Notes: a model not told the origin generated them from the letters alone. Shown: positions 38,330 to 51,524, counted from the whole stretch's first letter. The stretch is 63,595 nt of DNA, filler included, from Octopus bimaculoides (GCF_001194135.2; 7 parts of 7 records of this genome joined end to end with filler, not necessarily neighbours in it), one strand, 5' to 3'. Program-made: numbers and translations.

Positions 38330-38950
38330 TGTTGCCAGTATGGTCATGTGTTGCGAATGGATGAGGACAACTGTATGAAAATGTGTCACACCCTAACAGT
38401 GGAGGTAACCTGTGGAAGAGGTAGACCCAGGAAGACATGGGATGAGGTGGTGAAGCATGACCTTTGAACATTGGGCCTCACAGAGGCAATGACAAGTGAC
38501 CAAGACCTTTGGACATATGCTGTGCTTGAGAAGACCCGGCAGTCCAAGTGAGATCATAGCTGTGGCCAATGCCAGTGTTGCATAACTGACCCATTTAAAA
38601 GCACCCTTCAATTGTTGAGCATTATGCCGTGCTTGTGAAGACCTGTTGAACCATAATCAAAGCCGATGCCAGTGCTGCCTGATTGGCACCCTTGCTGGTG
38701 GCACGTACAAAGCACCATTCAAGCGTGGTTGATGCCAGTGCCACCTGACTGGCACCCTTGTTGGGAGCACGTAAAAAGCACCCACTACACTCTCAGGATG
38801 GTTGGCATTAGGAAGGGCATCCAACTGTAGAAACCTTGCCAAATCAGACTGGAACCTGGTGTAGCCTCCTGGCTTGCCAGTCCTCAGTCAAATCGTCCAG
38901 CCCATGCCAGCATGGAAAGCAGATGTTAAACGATGATGATGATGGTGATG
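38330..38950 (+). mobile_element. RTE-type LINE 3' fragment with (GAT)n tail
   Basis: YGHVLRMDEDNCMKMCH...GRGRPRKTWDEVVKHDL is a typical RTE C-terminus; 3' UTR ends GTTAAACGATGATGATG. Confidence 0.85.
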
Positions 38951-39068
38951 ATATATATATATGTATTGTTTGTATTTTCCTATTTATGTATTTTATGTAC
39001 GTGTTTACACACCCTTTGAGTGTATATAAACATGTGCTGTATGTAGTGGTTCCTGTCTCTTTTGTCAG

Positions 39069-39164
39069 GGCTTTGTGTTGGCTTATGACGTGACCAACTG
39101 GGAGTCATTCCAGCGGCTGGACAAACTGAAGAAAGACATTGACAAGCATCGAGATAAGAAAGAG
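39069..39164 (+). CDS. NKIRAS: kappaB-Ras coding exon 4 (GFVLAYDVTNWESFQRLDKLKKDIDKHRDKKE)
   Basis: Matches GFVLVYSV..ESFQRVELLKKEIDKFKDKKE; AG/GTGAGT, phase 0-0. Confidence 0.95.
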
Positions 39165-39169
39165 GTGAG

Positions 39170-39206
<37 letters not shown>

Positions 39207-39796
39207 GTGTGGAAAATGAACATTAACCTTTATATTCTACTGACCAGATCAGGCTTTTCACGCCTATCCTACAATGCCATTCTAAAAATAGACAATCAGA
39301 TCGTCAAAATCTCAAAGCTACAAGATAAAACATGATTAAATATAATTATTTAAGCAAATATTGAGATAAGAAAGAAGTAAATCTGCATTGCATATACATG
39401 TGGAAAATGAATATTATTAACCTTTTAGCTTTCAAACCGGCCATACCTGGCCCAAATATTGTACCAGTTTTAGGTTTAGACTGACCAGGTCAAGTTTTTC
39501 ATGATACACACGATGGGGTGCTGAGAAGCTCCTGGCTTTGAGTAAAAGAAATTACAGGAAGGTCAGTTAATTATGATTTTATTGAAAATATTCCCCTCTC
39601 AGATTCACAGACTTATTGCAGCGGTCCTTCAGTTTCTCTAAAAGAACTCAGAAAGTTAAGCCTCCAATAAGGCATTTCACGATACCCTTAGGGCCAGGAG
39701 CTTTTCAGCACCCCCTCGTGTGTGTGTGTGTGTGTGTGCATACTTGTATGTAATTGTTAGACAAGTCTCACGATTCACTCTCGTTCTCTGCTACAG

Positions 39797-39890
39797 GTTT
39801 TTATCATTGCTATTGGGAACAAAAAGGAGCTCCAAGACTGCCGCCAGGTTGACTACAATACAGCACAGTTGTGGGCCAATAAAGAGAAAG
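39797..39890 (+). CDS. NKIRAS: kappaB-Ras coding exon 5 (VFIIAIGNKKELQDCRQVDYNTAQLWANKEK)
   Basis: G4 NKxE motif and RQVD...AQ.WA..EK; AG/GT, phase 0-1. Confidence 0.93.
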
Positions 39891-40041
39891 GTGGGTGGCC
39901 ACATGCAGCACAGAATTTCTTCTCATCTCTTACTCTTCCTCACACCCTCTCTCTCTCTCCCTCTCTTTCTCTCACTCATGAGTATATTTACCTGTAAGGT
40001 AAAAGCAGTGAGCTGGCAAAATCGTTAGCACGCCAGATAAT

Positions 40042-40380
40042 ATCATCATCATCATCATATAACGTCCGTTTTCCATGCTGGTATGGGTTGGATGGTTCAA
40101 CAGGGGTTTGGAAAGCCAGGAGGTTGCACCAGTCCCTAATCTGATTTGGCAGAGTTTCTACAGCTGGATGCCCTTCCTAACACCAACCACTCCTTGAGTG
40201 TAGTGGGTACTTTTTACGTACCACCGGCACAGGGGCAGAGAAGGCTGGCAATAGCCACGATCGGTTGGTGATTTTTACGTGCCACTAGCACGGAAGCCAG
40301 TCAAGGCGACGCTGGCATCGGCCACATTCGGATGGTGCTTTTTACGTGCCACTGGCACACATATCACAACTACAATTTCC
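40042..40380 (-). mobile_element. RTE 3' UTR/tail fragment
   Basis: Reverse complement of 38770-38945; (CAT)n on + strand. Confidence 0.8.
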
Positions 40381-40850
40381 ATTTGATTTTCGTTTTGATG
40401 CTGCTGTNNNNNNNNNNNNNNNNNNNNNNNNNNNNNNNNNNNNNNNNNNNNNNNNNNNNNNNNNNNNNNNNNNNNNNNNNNNNNNNNNNNNNNNNNNNNN
40501 NNNNNNNNNNNNNNNNNNNNNNNNNNNNNNNNNNNNNNNNNNNNNNNNNNNNNNNNNNNNNNNNNNNNNNNNNNNNNNNNNNNNNNNNNNNNNNNNNNNN
40601 NNNNNNNNNNNNNNNNNNNNNNNNNNNNNNNNNNNNNNNNNNNNNNNNNNNNNNNNNNNNNNNNNNNNNNNNNNNNNNNNNNNNNNNNNNNNNNNNNNNN
40701 NNNNNNNNNNNNNNNNNNNNNNNNNNNNNNNNNNNNNNNNNNNNNNNNNNNNNNNNNNNNNNNNNNNNNNNNNNNNNNNNNNNNNNNNNNNNNNNNNNNN
40801 NNNNNNNNNNNNNNNNNNNNNNNNNNNNNNNNNNNNNNNNNNNNNNNNNN

Positions 40851-40901
<51 letters not shown>

Positions 40902-41085
40902 ACATATATATCTTTATAATCAAGGATAAAAATCTTTCTAAGATTTTATCAAGTAGCCATCATGTAATAAAATCGTACTGAAGTAGTAAATGTAGTACTT
41001 AGAGCCATTTCGCACCTATTTCTAGCATGTGGTACTACTCATTAGTGCCCTTATTATAATTATATTTATGTAATTATATATATCT

Positions 41086-41137
<52 letters not shown>

Positions 41138-41221
41138 TAGATATATAAACATCAAGTAATATATCTACAATAACTAAGTACTCATTACCACATTGTTACT
41201 AAATCGCAGGGCCACAACTTT

Positions 41222-41254
<33 letters not shown>

Positions 41255-41308
41255 GTCAACCACAACACCCTGTCATTCTGTCTGTTTGTCTCTCTCTGTT
41301 TTTTCCAG

Positions 41309-41358
41309 GTAAATCCACTTTCCCTCTTGGCAGGAAGAACAAAGGAAATGAATGCTGA
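41309..41358 (+). CDS. NKIRAS: kappaB-Ras last coding exon (xKSTFPLGRKNKGNEC*)
   Basis: Matches the KSSFPLPGRKNKG C-terminus of kappaB-Ras; strong pyrimidine tract and CAG acceptor; phase 1. Confidence 0.9.
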
Positions 41359-41857
41359 ACTCCAGAAAATGCTGTCTCCTCATCTGACGTCCACATTCTA
41401 ATGGCTATCTTCTCAATGCAGGGGGGGGAGTCGGTGGGGCGCAGAGGGGGGAATGAATGATAAGTGTGTGTCTTGCCCTTCCACGAAGTGGCCATACAGA
41501 CTTCACAATTATATAATCTTCTCTCTCGCGCTCTCTGATGTGTGTGTGTGTGTGCATGCATGTATGTGTGTGTAAATCTCTCTTATGATGTGAAGCTACT
41601 TTGTAAGGTGTCCATCAGTATGTTACTCTATCTCTCTCTTTCTTGTGTGTGTGTGTGTGTGTGGTGCTCCAGCATGGCCAGAGTCAAATGACTGAAACAA
41701 GTAAAACAATAAAAGAAATATAAATACATATGTGTGTGTGTGTGTGTGTGTGTGAGTAAGTATTTGTATGTATGTGAAAATTCTGTCTGTGTTGATGTTT
41801 TTGTTAGTGTATACAGTTGTGCCTCACTCTGTATGTATATGAAACTTTATATATGTG

Positions 41858-41890
<33 letters not shown>

Positions 41891-42274
41891 TAGTGTGTAT
41901 ATTTTTCCTTTTTCTTTTTTTAACTCCGGAAAAATTATGTTTAAATATATATGCGTGCCAGTGTGTATCTGTTTTTCTACAGTTGTGTATATGATTCAGT
42001 GTGTGTGTGTGTGAGAGCATATATATCTAATGTTCTTTTGCTTTCCTTTTTTTAAAGTTTGTTAACCTTCTAGTCTTCTTTTTTTTTCTTCTCTATTGAT
42101 GAATGACTTCAGTTCGAAACGTCAAAACCATTTCTGTTCTATTGTACACACATCAAATGCTAAACAAATACAATTGTTGTCCTAATTTTGTTGTCTCTTT
42201 GTTGTTTATTTATTTCTTTTATAATACGTGTATGTATTTATAAATATTTTATAACTACGAATTTGGCTGTACGG

Positions 42275-42447
42275 TTAAAAGCATCCACTACACTCTCGGA
42301 GTGGTTGGCGTTAAGAAGGGCATCCAACTGTAGAAACTCTGTCAAATCAGATTGGAGCCTGGTGTAGCCATCTGGTTCCCCAGTCCTCTGTCAAATCGTC
42401 CAACCCATGCTAGCATGGAAGGCGGACGTTAAACGATGATGATGATA
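42275..42447 (+). mobile_element. RTE tail fragment
   Basis: CCACTACACTCTCGGAGTGGTTGGCGTTAAGAAGGGCATCCAACTGTAG...GTTAAACGATGATGATG. Confidence 0.8.
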
Positions 42448-43577
42448 TATATGTATGTTTAATTGCTAAAAATAAAGAAAGTTATCAAATATTTAATGAC
42501 TCTTTGTATTTTAAAGACAGGGGAGTATATTTGGCTGCAGTTTCTTGCATTTCTGAGTGCTGCAAATATGCCACTAGCATTAATTTAAGGATAAGGCAAT
42601 CATGGAGGGTAAACTTTGTGAATGATGTTGGAGTGGGGAGGGAGTGAAACAGAGAGGGGCGAGAAAGAGGGAAAGAAATAGGTTGTTATAGAGAGAGAAA
42701 TAGATTGTTGAAGCTAGAGAGAGAGTGTGTGAGGAAGAAATAGTGTTAAACGGAGGAAGGGAGAGAAAGAGAAACAGAGTGAGAAAGACAGAGAGAAACA
42801 GTGTTAAAAGAGAGAGATAAATAGACTGTTAAACAGAGAGAGAAAGAGAATGCTCGTGTAAAAGAGGGAGAGAATGGGCGTGCGATTGAGAGAGAGAGAG
42901 AAAGAGAACGTTTGTGTGCACGTACGCGTTTATTATGTAGAGGGAGGTAACTCGTATTTGAATTAAAGATATTCTCTCTCTTTCTCTCTCCCTTCCCTCT
43001 CTCTTCATCCTTTGACAGTTTGGACGTTTGACAGCATTCGTTAATGACGTTGCAACGAGATTTCGTCTCTTTTCTCGGTCGTCTGCAAATCGCAGAAATC
43101 GAGGCCTGTCCTCACTTTAATATTTACAAGCGCATCTTTCCCTTTGCTTTCGTTCACCTCCCTCTGTGTCCTTCAGGATTGTCGTTGCTAGACCAGCGCT
43201 TCTTGCCATATGGTCATACCGTTCCAGTGTCCTTGTCTTTAAAAACTGTCCATAGGTCCTTATGTTGTCCAAGAACCTGGGGTCATTCTCATCATCCGTA
43301 ATTCGTCACGACTTCTTTTTTGAAAATGAAAGGGAGTTCTTAGACAATAATGTAGAGTATCTTCCCTTGCATTAGGAACGAATCAGACGGATGAGTTCTT
43401 TGGAGAATATTTGCGACTTGTGAAGTTCTCCATCATAATTTTGCCTAGGGACCCTTTTCGTTCCTATTATCCTCTTCTGGGCCCCTTCCTAGCTATTTGA
43501 TGTTTAAAAAAATCCTATTTTGTTTTCATAATCAAATATTATTAAGAGTAGTATAAAAACCATTAATGTATTATTTT

Positions 43578-43970
43578 AAGGAGGAGAGCTGGCACGCCAG
43601 GCGAAATGCCTAGCGGTATTTCGTCTGCCGTTACGTATTGAGTTCAAATTCCGCCGAGGTCGACTTTCATCCTTTCGGGGTCGATTAAATATGTACCAGT
43701 TAATCACTGGGGTCGATGTAATCGACATAATCCGCTTGTCTGTCCCCTCTATGTTTAGCCCCTTGTGGGCAATAAAGAAATAAGTATTTCGTCTGCCGCT
43801 ACGTTCTGAGTTCAAACTCCACTGAGGTCGACTTTGCCTTTCATCCTTTCGGGGTCGATTAAATAAGTACCAGTTAATCACTGGAGTCGATGTAATCGAC
43901 TTAATCCCTTTGTTTGTCCTTGTTTGTCCCCTCTATGTTTAGCCCCTTGTGAGCAATAAAGAAATAAATG
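43578..43970 (+). mobile_element. SINE family B, tandem dimer
   Basis: Two consecutive GTCGACTTT(GCCTTT)CATCCTTTCGGGGTCGATTAAAT..GTACCAG cores, each ending GCAATAAAGAAATAA. Confidence 0.85.
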
Positions 43971-44383
43971 TATTATTTTGTGTATTGTAAGACGTGTAAC
44001 GAATCTATCATGCATAAACTTTACTGGTCTGAAGCACAGTTTCTTCATGGCCCCTGAAAAATTACCGTGAACCCTTAATTTACTATAATGCTTCTTTATA
44101 TAGAACCCCCTGTGTATATATTTGTATATATATATATATATGTGTGTGTATGTATATATATATATTGAGTTTATACCTGTAATTTTGAATTTTATCCCTA
44201 ATATTATTATTATCATATATATATATATATATATATATAATATACAAACAAACATATACATAAATGTGTACATATATATCTACATATATATTATGTATCA
44301 TTGATACGTGTATTTGTGTGTATACACTTCCATATATGTATACATGTATATATATGAATAAAAGCATAAACAAATTTGTTTAT

Positions 44384-44425
<42 letters not shown>

Positions 44426-44589
44426 CAATGTGTGTTTGTGTTAATTGGAATGTTGAGTAAGTTTTGGCAACAAATTCCCTAGTTGTTATTCACAACACCA
44501 TAAGAATGTTGACTTTGGTTGAGCAACTTGTCAGTTTGTTGGCTGGTTGGGTGGCTGGTGTACTAGTTGTTGGGACAGGCACAGTTGGA

Positions 44590-45387
44590 GTGTCTTTGGC
44601 AACAAATCTGATGACCCAGGACTGGCCTAGAGCTGAACAACAAGAACAACAACAGAGGACACATTATATAATGTAGTCCCAGATACACTATGTCTGAATA
44701 AAAGACAGGATGGTCAAAACTGGTATGGTTTTGATCATAGGTCTGCCGGATCAGGACTGACCTGGGGCTAAAACAACAACAACAACAACAAGGAAGGCAC
44801 ACTGAATAATGTAGTCCTAGATACACTATGACTAAATAAATGACAGAGTGATCACATCTGGAACATCTTTGATCGCAGGTCTGCCTGATCAGGGCTGACC
44901 TGGGGTTAAACAACAATAGCAATAAGGAAGGACACAGTAAATGATGTAGTCCTCGGTACACTGTGTCTGAATAAAAGACAGGATGGTCACCGCTGGAACA
45001 GCTTTGATCATAAGTCTGCTGGATCAGGAATGACCTGGGGTTAAACAAAAGGAAGGCAGGACACATGAGGTGATGTAGTCCTAGATAGACATTGACTGAA
45101 TAAAAGGCAGGATGATCACGTGTGAATCATTTTTGATCATAAGTCTTCTGGATCAGGACTGACCTGGGGCTAAACAACACCAACAAGGAAGGAAGAACAC
45201 ATGTAATAATGTAGTCCTAGGTACACTGTGTCTGAATAAAAGACAGGATGGTCACAGCTGGAGTGGCTTTTCATTGTAGGTTTACTGGACCAGAACTGAC
45301 CTGGGGCTAAACAACACCAACAAGGAAGGAAGGAAGGACACATGTGATAATGTAGTCCTAGGTACACTGTGTCTGAATAAAAGACAA
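44590..45387 (-). repeat. Tandem array of about 130-140-bp units, inverted relative to 35770-36470
   Basis: About six units, each with GTAGTCCTAGRTACACTGTGTCTGAATAAAAGACAGGATGGTCAC...GACCTGGGGCTAAACAAC. Confidence 0.9.
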
Positions 45388-45487
45388 NNNNNNNNNNNNN
45401 NNNNNNNNNNNNNNNNNNNNNNNNNNNNNNNTTAATTAATTAANNNNNNNNNNNNNNNNNNNNNNNNNNNNNNNNNNNNNNNNNNNN
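45388..45487. other. Artificial scaffold linker N44-TTAATTAATTAA-N44
   Basis: Identical 100-bp structure. Confidence 0.95.
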
Positions 45488-45705
45488 GGTTTGAAGAAGG
45501 CGGAGGTAGTGAGAGAGTTAGAGGGGAGGTTGATGGAAAGAGAGATGTCGAGGAAGTTGACAGAGGTGTCAGAGATGGTGGAAGTAAAGTCAAGAGCGGG
45601 GTGGAAGTTGGAGAGGAAGGAGATGAAAAGGCAGAGCTGTTCGCGGGAGAGGGAGGTGGCTCCTATACAGTCATCTATGTAGCGACCGTATAGTTCCGGG
45701 GTCGG
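45488..45705 (-). pseudogene. Penelope-like RT fragment
   Basis: PTPELYGRYIDDCIGATSLSREQL...FHPALDFT...VNFLDIS; same family as 31005-31300. Confidence 0.88.
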
Positions 45706-45929
45706 ACATATATATATATATATATATATATGATATATATATATATGCACACATACTCATACGTGCATGCATGTACACACTCATACACACATTACACATA
45801 CACACACACGTACATACATATTAATGTATGTACACTCATACGATTATATATAACTGTATATATGCATTTCAATATCAAGCAACTGAACATGTATGTATGG
45901 ATTTGTACATGTAAATGAGAGAGAGGGAT

Positions 45930-46590
45930 GATTATAGATGGTTACTCCCGAGTGGAATCTGGGTGATACCCGAATCGGGTTTACGTTTGAGGGTGGGTTT
46001 TTATTCCTGTATACAGACAGCTTCGGTGACTTGTCTCAGCATTGCGTCAGTGGAATGCGTAGATAAGATGTCTAACCTAAATCTCCCTATGGAGCCATTG
46101 TGACAGTCTATAGCATGCTGACAGAAGATGGAGTTTTTTGTTTTTTTCTAATTGTATTTATCCAGGTGTTTTCTTTGAGCCTAGCATTGATGCTCCTAGA
46201 AGTCTCTCCAACATATGACTCTGAGTTAATCGCAAGTCCCTTCTTGGCACTTAATCTAGTATACAAGGTTTTTCTTTTTGCAGTTCATATGTGAGATTGT
46301 AGAACATACTGCACAATTATTCTGACACGTGATTCGACCAAATGGGTATAATTTATTTAATACTGATTTGATAGCCCTATCTGTTTTTTCCACACGTTTA
46401 ATCTTAAGTCCAATTGTGCGCAGCATTCTCTTAAATGCCCTACATAATTTGTTCCTATGTGTAGCGTCATCAATTATTACACTGTGTTAGCCATAAGACT
46501 ATGCGTGTAATTCTGTGAAATAATCACATGTACTTCCGTGGTAGATATATGCAATTTAACTAAAGATTGTATCACATGTACGGGATATTT
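45930..46590 (-). pseudogene. Penelope-like GIY-YIG endonuclease fragment
   Basis: Minus strand CAVCSTISHMNCKKKNLVY*IKC...SYVGETSRSINARLKE...QHAIDCHNG...MLRQVTEAVCI. Confidence 0.75.
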
Positions 46591-48599
46591 CTTCGCTGTT
46601 TATGAGAAAAACGGAAAAATAATATTGAATATTTATTTTATGAATGGTGTAAAAAGTTGTGTAAAAAGCTGTGCATAATATATATATATATATATATANN
46701 NNNNNNNNNNNNNNNNNNNNNNNNNNNNNNNNNNNNNNNNNNNNNNNNNNNNNNNNNNNNNNNNNNNNNNNNNNNNNNNNNNNNNNNNNNNNNNNNNNNN
46801 NNNNNNNNNNNNNNNNNNNNNNNNNNNNNNNNNNNNNNNNNNNNNNNNNNNNNNNNNNNNNNNNNNNNNNNNNNNNNNNNNNNNNNNNNNNNNNNNNNNN
46901 NNNNNAAACAATTGCAACGTGGAAGGCGTTTATGAACCGTTTAAGAAACAAACAAAAACTGTTACATTCACTTCAACATTTAAATTTAGTTTGTGTCAAA
47001 ATATTTTCGTCGCTTTCAGACCGTGATCTGTTGACTGTCAAAATTTTGTGCAGCACAAATGTAACAAATGAGCGACTATCTATACAGAGATACAACACAG
47101 GCTACGATTTCAGACATTTTGGATACAATTTTCATAAATAACCTAATAGGTTTACCATTAATTCCGTGAAATATTCAAGGCTCTCACTAGTACATATACA
47201 TGAGTTATGAATTGATTCAACATCCACTGCTATGCGTTATCCTCCAAGATACATAGCAAAATAAATATATCAAAAATATAACTGTTTTAATTACAATTAT
47301 ATATGAAACACACTCATGAAATACATGTACACTGAGCCGACACACAGTTACAATGAGCTAAAGATGAACTGTAATCGAAAATATCAAATTTTAACGTTAC
47401 TTTAATTACAATATGAAATTTTGAATCATTATAAATATTGTAGTTTCATAGCTATGTGGTATTGCGAGGTGAATCATTTGATTAAATTCGAAAGTTTAAT
47501 GCTTCTCTATGATTGATGCTTGTAATAACTCCCAAGCATCAGTGTTAATGATTATAAAATCTATCACAGCTATGTAGTTATTAATGTTATTCGTAAAATT
47601 GCCAAACAGATAACACTGTCATGATTAGTAATCAACATATGTAATTTTCTTTAACAGACTGTAAATTGCGATTTTATTCATAATAACTATTACATGCACA
47701 GAACTATATAATATCATTTTATCGAATGCATGTCCAGTTTTGACGTATGCAATAAAATGCTAATCTTTACAAAACTAAATGAATTCGTATATGTATTACA
47801 AAACGGATATTAATAGAGAATTTGCCTATTTTCTTTCGAATTAACACATTTAGGCAAAAAATTCTTTTTAATGTACATGTACAATGTTTAGGCACATGCA
47901 GCCTCCTGCAGTTATTGAATGCCAGCCACTTAGAAACGAATTCTATATACGTACAGCGTTTTGATTGACTACCTTATTCATAGAAATGCATGTACATAAA
48001 TATATACATGCGTATATTTATTTATAATACAATTCAAAAATATAAAATGTTACGCGTTTTAGTGGAGCCGACTAAACAGTTTGACAGAAAGTTGAACCAG
48101 AGACATATTACTATCATTCAGAATCCTCTTACATATTTTTACTTATTCGGCCAATATAAGTTACAACAGAATGGAGAACAAATTTCACCAACGGTAATCG
48201 ATGTCGTAATATGGGCAGCTTTGAATTTTATCTCTGTACTCGATGCCAAATCAAATGTGGACGTGATTAGAATGTAGAAAAAATAAGCCAGTTTATTTCA
48301 CTTACTAACCACGATAATTAAATATATCAAGGATGTAGTAGACACACCGATACTAGTTAAGGAGAAGACAACGATGAATGAGACACATAAAAGTTAAATA
48401 ATAAACTAATTTTTCCTCGAAGCTTATGCCCACAAATCCATTAGAAGACGAGTAAAGCATTACGAGAGTTCCGGAGAGTGAATATAGTTTCTGCTTTGGA
48501 CAATTCCAGAGTTCCCTCTGTCACAAGCGAAGTAACATACAGGAATGCTTGATAAGCTTTTTGAGATTTTTCTCTAATAAATTTACGAAGGAACGTTTA

Positions 48600-50600
48600 T
48601 AAGTTTGTAAATGATATAAGATTAACGGATTACTTTCTCGCTAGAAGATACTTTGACATGCAATCTGCTACATCCTTAAGGATCAAAAGAGAAGGAAAAT
48701 ACAGACAGTCTCAAGAATATGAGAAGATTTTTTCGCAGGCATATAGATGTACTGCCAAATACCAGCGGCAGTTGTCAAACATATGGTGTCGTACTTGCCT
48801 TCCTTGTAAATGAGATTGACTACACGGTAAAATTCACAGTACAATATCAGACACGCGAAAACGACAGTATGGCAGGGTACGCCATAGCCGTGCAGATGTT
48901 TGTAAGTGCCTTGAACCTACAAATAAACATAGGCGGGAAGCAATCTAGAAGGGCAAAATGTCATGAAAATATACGTTTGAATTACCTTAACGCTTACAAC
49001 ATGTGTTTATTGAAAGAATCTATCTTCTGGACAATCTAAACCCTCAACTTACTAGAAAATCTGTTTCTATCATCACATGAAATTATAACACAAGGAAATC
49101 TCATTTAAGAGTCTGCTTTGGGATGAGTTATGACAGTACCCTACATGACAATGTGAATGTCAAATATACTAGGACTCAATTATGCAATTGGCTTATGGCA
49201 GTCGATAAAAGCAGTACACTTGAGATGCTTAAAGCACGGTGCTTCCCGTATGGCATTGTAGCCAAACTACAGTGGCCATATTTGTTTCATGACTTTTCTA
49301 TGAATCAGATGGAAACAATGAAGAGATTGTGCAATACATGCGTGTGTCAGGGGTTGGGTTTTCCTTCATCTTCCAGATTTACACATCTGTGCAGTTTCCA
49401 TATAAAGTTTCCATAAATAATGAAAGAATTCAACGTTACTAAGCCAAGAATAGTTGGTATATTGCTATTATCTGAGTGCGAGAGAGTTAGAAACACAAAC
49501 AAGAATATGAAAGTCAGAAGAGATAGAAGACCCAGAAACCTCTAAGTGTAGCCGAAACGTACGGAATCATCAGGGGATTGTTGATAGCAGTCTGTTAAGG
49601 ACTGCTAGTACTTGAAAATTACAGCAAGAGGAAGAGAAAGGCCAAATGCAATGGGAGAAACAGGGCAAATAGGGATCATAGTGAAACGGCTCTAAGGGTG
49701 AAGAAAGCGAGACAGGTCTATGTAAAAGCAGTGTAATTGCCTGTACAGTTTAGAATGGGACAAGGCATACGAGAGACCACTGTACCAAAGGAATCTCTGA
49801 CCTACTGACAGGAAAATTTCCGTTCGATGTGTGTTGTTGCTAACATTTTTCCAACGAAAATAATCTCCAAACCCGAAGATGAAAAGACGTTTCATCCTCC
49901 AAGCAATCTTTCTACACACTGAATGCATTTAGATACTTACAAATCGCTGATTCAAACAAGAGAGACTGCAATGTATTTAAAGAAATTTTCCAGAAGATAC
50001 ACCTGCATGGTTTTAAAGGTAACAAGAATCAAGCATCACAACAAATCCTTTAGCGAATATATTGTAAGGCTCTTAAGAAAAAATTTGGCTGCGTGGTCGC
50101 GTCTTCCATTCTGCAGCACATCTCTGACTAGGGGACAGAAGTGAGTCTGGAGAATAGACACAACCTTATAGAAGTGGGGTAGGCGAACCAGTTCAAACGG
50201 AGATGGTCCTTCTATCAAGGAGCTCAGGTACAATTGGCATGAAGGAACTCACAGTGACCTGCAAAGTCCGACTTAACATTTCTCGCTAACTAGAGGAATT
50301 TGATTATCACGAATTAGTTAACGAAGTTGTTTCAACCGCATTCCATTTAAGTGCTGCATCAGTGTTCCATCTGGTTTGGTGTGTTACTTACTGAAGAACG
50401 TTGATTAAGAATAAATACAACTAAAGAGATCCACCAGCAAAGTAGCCATAGCAGTTTAGACCAACTCGAGAGGATTGGGTGTGAAAAGAGAACGCAGACG
50501 GAAAGATTCTGGAGGTAAAGTCTAATTCAGTCTACGCTGCTCTACCAGGCAAAACATACAAACTAAATGGTGAAACGCTCGTGACTTCGAGATACCTGCT
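48600..50600 (-). mobile_element. Highly degenerate LINE-like RT relic (tentative)
   Basis: Only scattered motif-like pieces (LHCFYIDLSRF, VHLYA); CpG-poor; family not assignable. Confidence 0.25.
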
Positions 50601-51342
50601 CAGTTACAGAAGTGTTTCTAAAACTGTGATAGTTTTTTGACCTTCCGGATAGTAGCTCTATGTTTATGTATCATCCTGTTTTTCACCACGTGGGGTATAA
50701 TATATCTGCTTTTTAACAGTTCACATTTTTGGCTGTGTTTACAAGAAATAAGGAAGAAATATACTATGTACGTAGGTGACAAATTGAAAACTTTATTAAT
50801 CCTTTGTTAGTGACATATCAGGTCACCTAAATAAAATCCAATATTCATTCAGAAGGCTTCAACATAATAACGAAAATGTAAGCCTTTTACGGGATATCGG
50901 ATGCCCAGCCCCCGTCCCCATAGTATTTCCTACAATACAACATGCCATTGAGTTGTTTGCAACTGAAAATCTGTTCATGCCATGAGTAAATCTAATGTTT
51001 TGCTCAGAGCCCTTCGTTGGAGATGGGAAAGTTGTTTACTCAGTTTGTAGGTAAGTATGCTAGGAGTACTGAGACTGTAAAATTCTATTATAGCAATGTA
51101 AAATATGAAAAGGAAATGATGAACCTGAGGGAAAATATGATAGTACATAGTGAAATGTTGAGAGCGAAAATAATTTAAAAAGGAAGTTTGAAACAAAGAA
51201 AATTAGAATAACAAGGAATGGATATACTTAAAGACATCTATTTTTATTTTGTTATACCCTAGGAGAGCTATTACGCCAAGAATGAATATACACGCAGCTT
51301 CAATTCCACTTCTTCATTATTATTAGACAATTGGTTAAACAT

Positions 51343-51524
51343 CTAACCAACTAACAAATCGATCGTTAATTTAATGAGTTGGTTAAACAGTCACTGCGTC
51401 GTCTGTTTTTACCTCGCTGTTCGTGAACTTTTCAGTGGTCCATGACTTCTTTACTCCAAGGCCTACTTTCGACGAAAGCTGATCTTAGAGCGTTAAACAA
51501 AGGATCGATTAGTTAGTTGGTTAG
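51343..51524. repeat. 22-bp inverted repeat pair with 138-bp spacer (possible MITE)
   Basis: CTAACCAACTAACAAATCGATC versus the reverse complement of GATCGATTAGTTAGTTGGTTAG, one mismatch; partly simple sequence. Confidence 0.4.

Noticed and set aside
49530-49580. GAAACGTA adjacent to TCATCAG
   Set aside because: The two half-motifs are on opposite strands and cannot form one core
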